Made by a program: the position numbers and the translations under genes
Notes under the pieces: generated by a model
The model's input: only the letters and a program-made list of their open reading frames with translations
Databases searched by the model: none
Told to the model about the DNA's origin: nothing
Shown here: piece after piece, positions 56,205-64,000 of the stretch
How the letters are laid out: every line of letters begins with the position of its first letter
How positions within the stretch are numbered: the stretch's first letter is position 1
Assembly (NCBI GenBank): GCA_035546035.1
Contig: DASZXC010000003.1
Coordinates: 64,479 to 128,478, forward strand
Direction of reading: 5' to 3'
Length of the DNA stretch: 64,000 nucleotides
Source: Minisyncoccota bacterium
GTDB taxonomy: Bacteria; Patescibacteriota; Minisyncoccia; Phycocordibacterales; UBA6065

Positions 56205-58889
56205 ATGCCACCACTTAACCATTTCACCACCAAGGCTAAAGAAGCCATCCGCCGCGCGCACGAGCTCGCGATCGAGCGCGGACAGAATCATGTAAACCCG
56301 CTTCATCTCCTTTCCGCCCTTATTTTGCAGGAGGAAAGCATGGTCCTCGCCATTCTCGAAAAGCTCGAGGTTGACGTCATCCTGCTTTCGGACTCGCTCG
56401 CCGAATCGCTCGAAGGCGCCCAGGCGGGAGCGACGCTTTCCCAGTCATATCAGATATATCTGACGCCTGAATTGGCGCAGGCTCTCGAAAACTCTGCCAA
56501 AGTCGCTGCGGGGCTCAAAGACGAATTCATCTCGACCGAGCACCTCTTCATCGCCCTTCTCGAGATCCCTGGACCTGCCGCAGAGATACTTTCGAAATTC
56601 AAGATCACCAAAGCCGGCGTCGTCCGCGTGCTCGAAGAGCTCAAAACCGCGAAGTCCGAGCCTTCGGCGCCAAAGAAACCGCGCGCGCTCGCGAAATATA
56701 CGAAGAGCCTGACCAAACTCGCCGCCGAGAACAAGCTCGACCCGGTCATCGGCCGCGACCAGGAGATCAGCCGTATCATCCAGATACTGTCCCGCCGCAC
56801 CAAGAACAACCCGATCCTTATCGGCGAAGCGGGCGTGGGCAAGACCGCCATCGTCGAAGGCCTCGCTTTGCGCATGGCACAGGGGGACGTGCCTGAATCC
56901 CTCAAGGATAAGGAACTCGTGCTCCTCGATCTCGGCCTCCTCGTCGCCGGTACGAAGTATCGCGGCGAATTCGAAGAGCGCCTCAAGAACATCATGAAAG
57001 AGATCGAGCGTTCAGACGGCAAGACGATCCTCTTCATAGACGAGATCCATACTATTGTAGGAGCCGGCGCCGCCGAAGGTTCTATGGACGCGTCGAATAT
57101 GCTCAAGCCGGCCCTTGCGCGCGGCGAGCTTCGCGCCATCGGCGCCACGACGCTGAAGGAATACCAGAAATACATCGAAAAGGACCCGGCTCTCACGCGT
57201 CGCTTCCAGCCTGTGTATGTATCCGAGCCTTCGCTCGAAGACGCGATCGCTATTTTGCGCGGCCTCAAGGAGAAGTACGAGCTCTTCCACGGCGTCCGCA
57301 TCACCGACGACGCCATCGTCGCCGCGGTGAACCTTTCGTCCCGATACATCAGCGACCGATTCCTGCCGGACAAGACCGTCGACCTCATAGACGAGGCCGC
57401 TTCTTCCCTGAAGATCTCGCTCGAATCCAAGCCGCCGCTCCTCGAAGAGACGCATCGCAAGATCATGCGCCTCGAGATAGAGAAGGAGGCATTGAAGAAA
57501 GAGGAATCCAAAGAATCAAAGGCCCGCTCCAAGGCAATCGAAAAGGAGATCGCCGATCTCAGGGAGGAGACGCAGGAGCTCGAGCTCAAATGGAAGAGCG
57601 AGAAGGAGCTCCTCACGTCCGTTAAGGCGATAAAGAAAGACCTCGAAAAATTGCGCCTCGAAGCGGAGACCGCCGAATTGCGCGCCGACCTGTCGAAGGC
57701 CGCGGAGATCCGATACGGCAAAATCCCGGCTCTCGAAAAGGACCTCGATACTAAGATGAAGAAGTTCAAGAAGATACAGTCTTCGCGCCGCGTCCTGAAA
57801 GAAGAAATCACCGAACAGGACATCGCCGATGTCGTCTCGAAATGGACGGGCATTCCGGTGACCCGCATGCTCGAAGAAGAGGCCCATAAATTGATGCGCA
57901 TGGAAGGCGAGCTCGGCAAGCGCGTCGTCGGCCAGTCCGAAGCGGTCAAAAAGATATCCGATACCATCCGCCGCGCCCGCGCGGGCATCGCTGACCCGAA
58001 CAGGCCGATCGGCTCGTTCCTATTCCTTGGTCCGACTGGCGTGGGTAAGACGGAGCTGACGAAGGCTCTCGCCGAATTCATGTTCAACGACGACAAGGCT
58101 TTGATCCGCGTAGACATGTCCGAATTCATGGAAAAGCATTCGACATCCAAACTGATCGGCGCGCCGCCGGGATATGTCGGATACGAAGAAGGCGGCTCGC
58201 TCACCGAAATGGTGCGCCATCGCCCGTATTCCGTCATCTTGTTCGACGAGATCGAGAAAGCGCACCCGGAAGTGTTCAACATATTGCTCCAGGTGCTCGA
58301 TAACGGCCGATTGACCGACACCAAGGGCCGTACGGTGAACTTCAAGAACACCGTCATCATCCTGACGTCGAATATCGGCGCGCAGTACATAGACAAGATG
58401 GAGAAGATCGGCTTCGCCGCCGATTCGTCGGAGAAGCGCAAGTATGACGACGTGAAGGACAAGGTCATGGAGAGTCTCAAAGACTACTTTAGGCCTGAAT
58501 TCCTGAATCGGCTCGATTCGATCATATTGTTCGACGTGCTTTCGCACGAAGCGATCAAGGATATCGTCAAGATCCAGGTCGGCGAGATCGTGAAGCGCCT
58601 TGCGGAGAAGGAGATCGCTCTCAATATATCGGCGCCTGTGTACGATTATCTCGCCAAGGAAGGGTACGATCCGAAATTCGGCGCGCGGCCGCTGAAGCGC
58701 CTCATTCAGGAGAAGATACTGACGCCGGTCGCCGGATTCATGATCTCGCAGGGCGTCGGCAAGGGCGGCGCCATCGCCGTTTCGATGAAGGGAAGCGAAT
58801 TCACGTTCGAGGTGAAGAAGGGCAAGAGGCCGATACCGCTCAAATCCCTGACTGACGAGATGGTCGAGGCTGAAAAAGTAGCGCAGTAA
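56205..58889 (+). CDS. clpB: ATP-dependent chaperone ClpB
   Basis: Two AAA modules ([16 protein letters not shown]), M-domain KAAEIRYG. Confidence 0.95.
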   Translation: MPPLNHFTTKAKEAIRRAHELAIERGQNHVNPLHLLSALILQEESMVLAILEKLEVDVILLSDSLAESLEGAQAGATLSQSYQIYLTPELAQALENSAKVAAGLKDEFISTEHLFIALLEIPGPAAEILSKFKITKAGVVRVLEELKTAKSEPSAPKKPRALAKYTKSLTKLAAENKLDPVIGRDQEISRIIQILSRRTKNNPILIGEAGVGKTAIVEGLALRMAQGDVPESLKDKELVLLDLGLLVAGTKYRGEFEERLKNIMKEIERSDGKTILFIDEIHTIVGAGAAEGSMDASNMLKPALARGELRAIGATTLKEYQKYIEKDPALTRRFQPVYVSEPSLEDAIAILRGLKEKYELFHGVRITDDAIVAAVNLSSRYISDRFLPDKTVDLIDEAASSLKISLESKPPLLEETHRKIMRLEIEKEALKKEESKESKARSKAIEKEIADLREETQELELKWKSEKELLTSVKAIKKDLEKLRLEAETAELRADLSKAAEIRYGKIPALEKDLDTKMKKFKKIQSSRRVLKEEITEQDIADVVSKWTGIPVTRMLEEEAHKLMRMEGELGKRVVGQSEAVKKISDTIRRARAGIADPNRPIGSFLFLGPTGVGKTELTKALAEFMFNDDKALIRVDMSEFMEKHSTSKLIGAPPGYVGYEEGGSLTEMVRHRPYSVILFDEIEKAHPEVFNILLQVLDNGRLTDTKGRTVNFKNTVIILTSNIGAQYIDKMEKIGFAADSSEKRKYDDVKDKVMESLKDYFRPEFLNRLDSIILFDVLSHEAIKDIVKIQVGEIVKRLAEKEIALNISAPVYDYLAKEGYDPKFGARPLKRLIQEKILTPVAGFMISQGVGKGGAIAVSMKGSEFTFEVKKGKRPIPLKSLTDEMVEAEKVAQ

Positions 58890-58899
58890 AGACGGAAGG

Positions 58900-58937
58900 A
58901 AGCCGCGCCGGACCTTGTGTCCGGCGCGGCTTTTTCT
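58900..58937 (+). terminator. clpB terminator
   Basis: AAGCCGCGCCGGAC-N5-GTCCGGCGCGGCTT followed by a T run. Confidence 0.75.
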
Positions 58938-58980
58938 TGAGAAAACGGCGAAATCTGGTAGAGTGTTGAGGTTCTTTCAT

Positions 58981-59064
58981 GCGTAGGTGGTAGAGTGGTC
59001 AATTACAACAGACTGTAAATCTGTCGCCCATTGGGCTACACAGGTTCGAATCCTGTCCTACGCA
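58981..59064 (+). tRNA. tRNA-Tyr(GTA)
   Basis: ACAGA-CT-GTA-AA-TCTGT; variable arm. Confidence 0.94.
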
Positions 59065-59097
59065 CAAAATCCCCAAGCGCTCTGGTATACTGGGTCC

Positions 59098-60153
59098 ATG
59101 TCCCACGAAGTGCTCTACAGAAAATACCGTCCGCAGTCTTTTGACGAAGTCGTCGGCCAGGATTCCGTCGTAAAGGCTCTCCAGGGCGCTATTAAAAATT
59201 CCGCCGTTGCCCACGCATATCTGTTCGCCGGGTCGCGCGGCATCGGCAAGACGTCCATCGCTCGTATATTCGCGCGCGAGATCGGCACGACGCCAAATGA
59301 CATATATGAGATAGATGCCGCATCGAACCGCGGCATAGATGACATCCGCGCTCTCCGCGACGCGGTCGCGGTATTGCCGTTCGAATCGAAATTCAAGGTC
59401 TATATCATAGACGAGGTGCATATGCTCACGAAGGAAGCGTTCAACGCGCTCCTGAAGACGCTCGAAGAGCCGCCGAGGCACGTCGTATTTATCCTGGCGA
59501 CGACTGAAGTCTATAAATTACCCGAAACGATCGTGTCGCGCTGCCAGGTATTCGAATTCAAGCGCCCCACGGTGGATATACTGAAGGATACGGTCATGTC
59601 CGTCGCCAAAAAGGAGGGCTATTTGTTGGAGCCTTCTGCCGCAGAGCTCGTCGCGCTGGTCGGCGACGGATCGTTCCGCGATTCGCACGGCATTTTAGAG
59701 CGCGTCATCGCCGGGCTCGGTGCCCAGAAAGGCAAAGGCGCGGCGAAGATCATCCGCGACGACGTCGAAGAGGCGACCGGCTCGCCAAAAGCGGAATTGG
59801 TCCGAGAATTCATCGGCGCATTGGCTTCGAAAGACGCAAAATCCGCATTCGGCTCTATCGCTAAGGTAAAAGAAAAATCGTTCGATCCGAAATTGTTCCT
59901 CGAATTGTCGCTTTCGCTTGCGCGGCTCGCCCTGCTCCAAAAGATAGCGGGGGAGGAGGCGACTCAAGGCGCGTCGGACGAAGATAAAAAATTCATAGCG
60001 AAGGCGCTTGCCGAAGGCTTGGCACTCGATTCAAAATTGCTCCGCGGTCTCCTCGGCGCTTTCGATTACATAGGCTCGTCGCCGATACGCGAATTGCCGC
60101 TGGAGCTCGCTGTTTTGGATATCGTAGGAGAAGAAAAAGGCCTGTTTGTATAA
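59098..60153 (+). CDS. dnaX: DNA polymerase III subunit gamma/tau
   Basis: LYRKYRP, GSRGIGKT, IIDEVHML, SRC. Confidence 0.95.
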   Translation: MSHEVLYRKYRPQSFDEVVGQDSVVKALQGAIKNSAVAHAYLFAGSRGIGKTSIARIFAREIGTTPNDIYEIDAASNRGIDDIRALRDAVAVLPFESKFKVYIIDEVHMLTKEAFNALLKTLEEPPRHVVFILATTEVYKLPETIVSRCQVFEFKRPTVDILKDTVMSVAKKEGYLLEPSAAELVALVGDGSFRDSHGILERVIAGLGAQKGKGAAKIIRDDVEEATGSPKAELVREFIGALASKDAKSAFGSIAKVKEKSFDPKLFLELSLSLARLALLQKIAGEEATQGASDEDKKFIAKALAEGLALDSKLLRGLLGAFDYIGSSPIRELPLELAVLDIVGEEKGLFV

Positions 60154-60193
60154 AAAAGAGCCTCGCACGCGCGAGGCTCTCGGAATAAGAGAT

Positions 60194-60592
60194 TTAGGCG
60201 ACGACCGCGCGGTAGCGGTTCACGAAGCGTTTAGGGATGCAGGTGCCGCCGCCGAACTGATTGACGATCGCATCCATGCCGTCCACGACATGGCCCAAGA
60301 CCACCATGCCAGGCAGGTCCTTGTGCGGCGTGCAGACGAACCAGGTGCCGATGGGGCAGGCGTAGAGGTCAACGTCTTTGCCCTTCGGGACGGCCGCCAG
60401 CTCTTCAGCTGTCAGCTTGCGTCCTGGGAAACCGGCGATCTGCTCGCGCAATTCCTGAAGGGCTTTCTGTCGCCGGCATGCGAATCCTTCGAGCCGAAGC
60501 CCGCGTTTTTCTCGCGCCTCTTTCAGGCGACGCTTGCCGAAAAGCGCCCGACCGACGAGTCGCATAATGGTTCTGATTCTCATAAAGAACAA
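60194..60592 (-). CDS. Hypothetical protein
   Basis: 132-aa ORF ending at a hairpin; start uncertain. Confidence 0.5.
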   Translation of the reverse strand: MFFMRIRTIMRLVGRALFGKRRLKEAREKRGLRLEGFACRRQKALQELREQIAGFPGRKLTAEELAAVPKGKDVDLYACPIGTWFVCTPHKDLPGMVVLGHVVDGMDAIVNQFGGGTCIPKRFVNRYRAVVA

Positions 60593-60710
60593 GGTATTGA
60601 GGGGTTATGAAGAGGTCAGTTTCGGGCAGACTATACGATTTCCTGATGACGCCGTCAATCGTTTCTTGTACAACCGAGAGCCGCACGCTACTATGTCCAA
60701 ATCGGTATAT

Positions 60711-60781
60711 TGCCGGATCGTCTAATGGTAGGACATGGGCCTTTGGAGCCTAGAATCTTGGTTCGATTCCAAGTCCGGCAA
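60711..60781 (+). tRNA. tRNA-Gln(TTG)
   Basis: TGGGC-CT-TTG-GA-GCCTA. Confidence 0.93.
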
Positions 60782-60815
60782 CACGATGCGCATGTTTCGT
60801 AGTAAAATATTAGAT

Positions 60816-61055
60816 ATGTATTTCAAATCAAAAAAGGTATCGCTTCTGATCTTGGCTATAACGGCTCTCGTGTTTTCCCGAACGATGTTCGTCTTCTTCA
60901 ATGATGCCGAAGGCCCGAATCTGCTCGTGGTCGTCGTGACGGCGGCAGTCATATATTTTCCGGCTCTGGCGGTATATTTGCGCAAGCCGCGTCTTCTAGC
61001 GGCGGCCCTCGCCCAGATATTAATCGCCGCGGTTCTTTATCTTTTTCTGAAGTAG
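60816..61055 (+). CDS. Small membrane protein
   Basis: FFNDAEGPNLLVV motif, three TMs. Confidence 0.7.
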   Translation: MYFKSKKVSLLILAITALVFSRTMFVFFNDAEGPNLLVVVVTAAVIYFPALAVYLRKPRLLAAALAQILIAAVLYLFLK

Positions 61056-61064
61056 GCTCTGCGC

Positions 61065-61418
61065 ATGCTCAAAGAAAACCTCTACGCGACGAGCTTCTCG
61101 AAAGTCTATCCGTACTATATCGCCAAGTCGAAGAGAAAAGGCCGCACGAAGGAAGAGGTGGACGAGCTCATCCGCTGGCTGACTGGCTATACCCAAAGGC
61201 AATTCGAAGCCCAGATGGAAAAAGGAACGGATTTTAAGACTTTCTATATGAAAGCGCCCAAACCGAATCCGAAAAGGCGCTTGATAAAGGGCGTCATCTG
61301 CGGCGTTCGAATAGAGGAGATAGACGATAGGGTCATGCGGGAGATCCGCTATCTGGACAAGCTGATAGACGAGCTGGCCAAGGGCAAGCCTGTGGAGAAG
61401 ATCAAGCTCCGTGGTTAA
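61065..61418 (+). CDS. DUF2200 family protein
   Basis: [30 protein letters not shown]. Confidence 0.9.
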   Translation: MLKENLYATSFSKVYPYYIAKSKRKGRTKEEVDELIRWLTGYTQRQFEAQMEKGTDFKTFYMKAPKPNPKRRLIKGVICGVRIEEIDDRVMREIRYLDKLIDELAKGKPVEKIKLRG

Positions 61419-61426
61419 ATAGAGGC

Positions 61427-61891
61427 ATGATACAGACCACGCTCAATTTTCTCATAGAGGGCGACAAGGTCCTCCTAGCCATGAAGAAGAGGGGGTTCGG
61501 TGCGGGGAAATGGAATGGCGTCGGAGGAAAATTGCGGGCAGGCGAGAATCCGACTCAGGCGATCATCCGCGAGTCGGCCGAAGAGATCGGCGTTACGATC
61601 TCGCCGAAAGATATTGTTTCCGTCGGCGTGATGGATTTTCATTTCACCGATAGACCCGATTGGGACCAGCGGTGCCATGTATTCGTCACGCGCGCATGGC
61701 AGGGCGAGCCTGCCGAGAGCGAAGAGATGCGGCCGCAGTGGTACGGATTCGCGGACGTGCCGTATGATTCGATGTGGATAGACGACAAGCACTGGCTGCC
61801 GTTCGTGCTCCAGGGCAAAAACGTCAAAGCGACCTTCCATTTCTCGAACGGCGGGGCCGATATGGTCAGTCACGACGTAAAGACAGCCTAA
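61427..61891 (+). CDS. NUDIX hydrolase (8-oxo-dGTPase-like)
   Basis: KRGFGAGKWNGVGGK...RESAEE, SEEMRPQW. Confidence 0.92.
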   Translation: MIQTTLNFLIEGDKVLLAMKKRGFGAGKWNGVGGKLRAGENPTQAIIRESAEEIGVTISPKDIVSVGVMDFHFTDRPDWDQRCHVFVTRAWQGEPAESEEMRPQWYGFADVPYDSMWIDDKHWLPFVLQGKNVKATFHFSNGGADMVSHDVKTA

Positions 61892-61892
61892 A

Positions 61893-62405
61893 TCAGGCTT
61901 TTCTTACGGATTTGGGCGCTTTCGGAAGCTTGAGAGGCTTCGGCGTGATCGGTTTCGCCCGATCGATATCGAGGAAAAGGATAGGTCTGCCGATGGCGCC
62001 GAGCACGAGCCGCGCGCATCCTTGGACCTTTGTCTTCACCCCTTCTTTTTTTATCTCGACGAGGCTGAATATGACGGCGCGGCCGGGCTTGCTTTCCAAT
62101 TTTTTCCAGAGATTCTGATATATGGCAGGGGTTATATCCGTGACGTCGCTCACGTTCTTCCTCCGAAGCTCGTCTCGCGCGTATCCGAGTATCGTCCGCG
62201 CCGATTCGGACGCGGCGGTCACCATTCCATCCTCTTCGAGCGACATCGCATATCTGTCCGGCGCCGAGATCTGGTCGCCGATGCCTTTGATCGTCGTGAG
62301 CCGCTTGCAGAAGCGGCATTTGAGCTCGATCTCTCCGGTCATGATGAAGCCGCGGGCAAGCAGTTTGCCGCACTCGCACCTGTAGGCATCGAGGATGTCT
62401 TTCAT
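61893..62405 (-). CDS. Com-like zinc ribbon fused to a PAS-like domain
   Basis: YRCECGKLL...ELKCRFCK; ILGY.RDEL...NV.D PAS signature. Confidence 0.7.
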   Translation of the reverse strand: MKDILDAYRCECGKLLARGFIMTGEIELKCRFCKRLTTIKGIGDQISAPDRYAMSLEEDGMVTAASESARTILGYARDELRRKNVSDVTDITPAIYQNLWKKLESKPGRAVIFSLVEIKKEGVKTKVQGCARLVLGAIGRPILFLDIDRAKPITPKPLKLPKAPKSVRKA

Positions 62406-62542
62406 GATTTCGAAAGATTATGCCACGTTCCCTTTCTCAATACTATGGGAACGGGTTGGGGATAGGAAAGCCATTGAAAGTGCTATAATTTTCAACATAG
62501 AGAAGCTCTCGAAGCTCAAGTCGGAGGTTGCTTTTGAGTTTC

Positions 62543-64000
62543 GTGACCAATCCCTTGTCATCACGGCGTTTTCGCCCTATATTCCTGTCCTTAACCATAG
62601 GATTGACGGCGCTTTGTGCTGTATCATATCCGACCGCCGCTCTTGCGGCTGGCGTGCCTTCGACCCTTTCATACCAAGGCCGTCTCACTGACGGATCCGG
62701 AAACCTTCTCGGGGGTACGGGAACGACCTACTATTTTAAATTCTCTCTCTGGAACAATGCGACGGTCGGAAACGGCTCGCGATTGTGGCCTGCGGTCGCT
62801 CCGTCCACGTTCTCGACGACGGTCAGGCAGGGCGTTTTCAATGTGAATATCGGCGATACGCCTGCGGGGTACCCTGATGCGCTCAATTTCGATTTCAGGA
62901 CGTCTGACATATACCTTCAGGTCGAGGTTTCAGCGAACGGATCGGCGTTCGAGACGCTTTCTCCGCGCCAGCCGATCTCTTCGGCTGCATTCGCGCAGAT
63001 AGCGGGCGCGATTTCGGGCGCGGGGCAGTCGGCGATCGGCACGACGACGCCCGCGACCGACGCGGTTGCGACGATCGAGGCCACGACATCGTCCGCGGTC
63101 GCATTGGCGGTGCGCGGAACGGCGGGACAGACGGCCAAACTGCTCGATGTGAGGAATGTCCTCGGCTCATCGCTCTTTTCCGTCAATTCTGACGGCCAGA
63201 TAAACGCCGCGGCGCTCGCTACTTTGGCCGGAGGCATCATTTCCAACGCCTCTTCGACCATTTCCGGCCTGACTACGCTCAATGCGACTTCCACGAATGC
63301 CACCACGACGAGCCTGTTCGCGGGCATCATCCGCGGCGCGGGGCTCACGTCTTGCTCCGGCTCGTCCGACAAGCTTATCTGGAACTCGGCAACCGGACAA
63401 TTCGGTTGCGGAGTGGACGCCGGCGGATCGGGAAGCGGCATCTCGGGTATCGCCGCCCAGTATTCGCCTTTTCAGACGGGAGCATCGCAGACGCTCGCGA
63501 CCACGTCCGATGCAAATATCCTTTTGACAATCACGTCGTCGGGCGATACGCATACCTTCTCGCCATCATGGACCGGCACGCTATCGGCCGCTCGTGGCGG
63601 TACGGGGCTGTCTTCGATCGCGGACGGATCGCTTCTCGTCGGCGGACCGGGGAATACCATCGCACAGATCTCAACCTCGTCTCTCGGTCTGAATACGGCG
63701 AATATCGTTGAAGGAAGCAATCTGTATTACACCGACCAGCGCGCCGACGCGCGTGTGAATGCGATCATAGGTGCGACGACGTCTATCGCGTCGCTCACCG
63801 ACCTGCCGCATATCGCTCGATCTACAACGACGAGCGCTACGACTACGAACTTGGCGCTCACGTCGGTCGCGGGATCGCTATTGAAGACGAATCCTTTGGG
63901 AGGAGTGGTCGCCGCGGTACCGGGCGTTGATTATTTGGCCGCGGGGAACGGCTGGTCCACCACATCGTCGGATTATTACGCGTCAGTGAACGATTTCTTC
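62543..64000 (+). CDS. Giant secreted surface protein, 3'-truncated (not in ORF track)
   Basis: GTG start, signal peptide, AGVPSTLSYQGRLTDGSGNLLGG..TYYFKFS; T/S/G-rich repeats, EGSNLYYT. Confidence 0.8.
   Translation, partial: MTNPLSSRRFRPIFLSLTIGLTALCAVSYPTAALAAGVPSTLSYQGRLTDGSGNLLGGTGTTYYFKFSLWNNATVGNGSRLWPAVAPSTFSTTVRQGVFNVNIGDTPAGYPDALNFDFRTSDIYLQVEVSANGSAFETLSPRQPISSAAFAQIAGAISGAGQSAIGTTTPATDAVATIEATTSSAVALAVRGTAGQTAKLLDVRNVLGSSLFSVNSDGQINAAALATLAGGIISNASSTISGLTTLNATSTNATTTSLFAGIIRGAGLTSCSGSSDKLIWNSATGQFGCGVDAGGSGSGISGIAAQYSPFQTGASQTLATTSDANILLTITSSGDTHTFSPSWTGTLSAARGGTGLSSIADGSLLVGGPGNTIAQISTSSLGLNTANIVEGSNLYYTDQRADARVNAIIGATTSIASLTDLPHIARSTTTSATTTNLALTSVAGSLLKTNPLGGVVAAVPGVDYLAAGNGWSTTSSDYYASVNDFF

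Noticed and set aside
62917-63720. Short ORFs in the last 1.1 kb
   Set aside because: Alternative frames of the large plus-strand gene that runs off the window end.

Overview
Bacterial chromosomal segment. The gene set (short ValS, IF2 and RpsA, arrays of TrbC/VirB2-like pilins, a degenerate HisS paralog, a giant secreted protein) suggests a Patescibacteria/CPR (Parcubacteria-like) genome; this assignment is an inference. GC-rich housekeeping DNA (murJ, lepA, tdk, valS, tsaD, ftsZ/A, rpsA, gyrA, infB, clpB, dnaX, 11 tRNAs) is interrupted at about 12.9-29.4 kb by a visibly AT-richer island ending at the 3' end of tRNA-Ser(CGA). The island carries two DNA methyltransferases, small and large terminase-like genes with no capsid, portal or tail genes, a CsoR-regulated copper-efflux cassette, an iteron/DnaA-box origin-like region, a large serine recombinase, a HEPN-like gene and a complete diversity-generating retroelement (DGR). 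In the DGR, the 115-bp TR and VR differ at 13 positions, all TR adenines. Its layout is unusual: TR is inverted relative to the target, avd is antisense and head-to-head with RT across a 2-bp gap, and RT contains an in-frame (GA)11G tract that could act as a phase-variation switch. Outside the island are a candidate small RNA with C-rich loops, a family of long palindromes, and a Com-like zinc-finger/PAS gene facing a start-codon-occluding leader of a giant surface protein. All calls were made by eye from motifs; no database searches were run.
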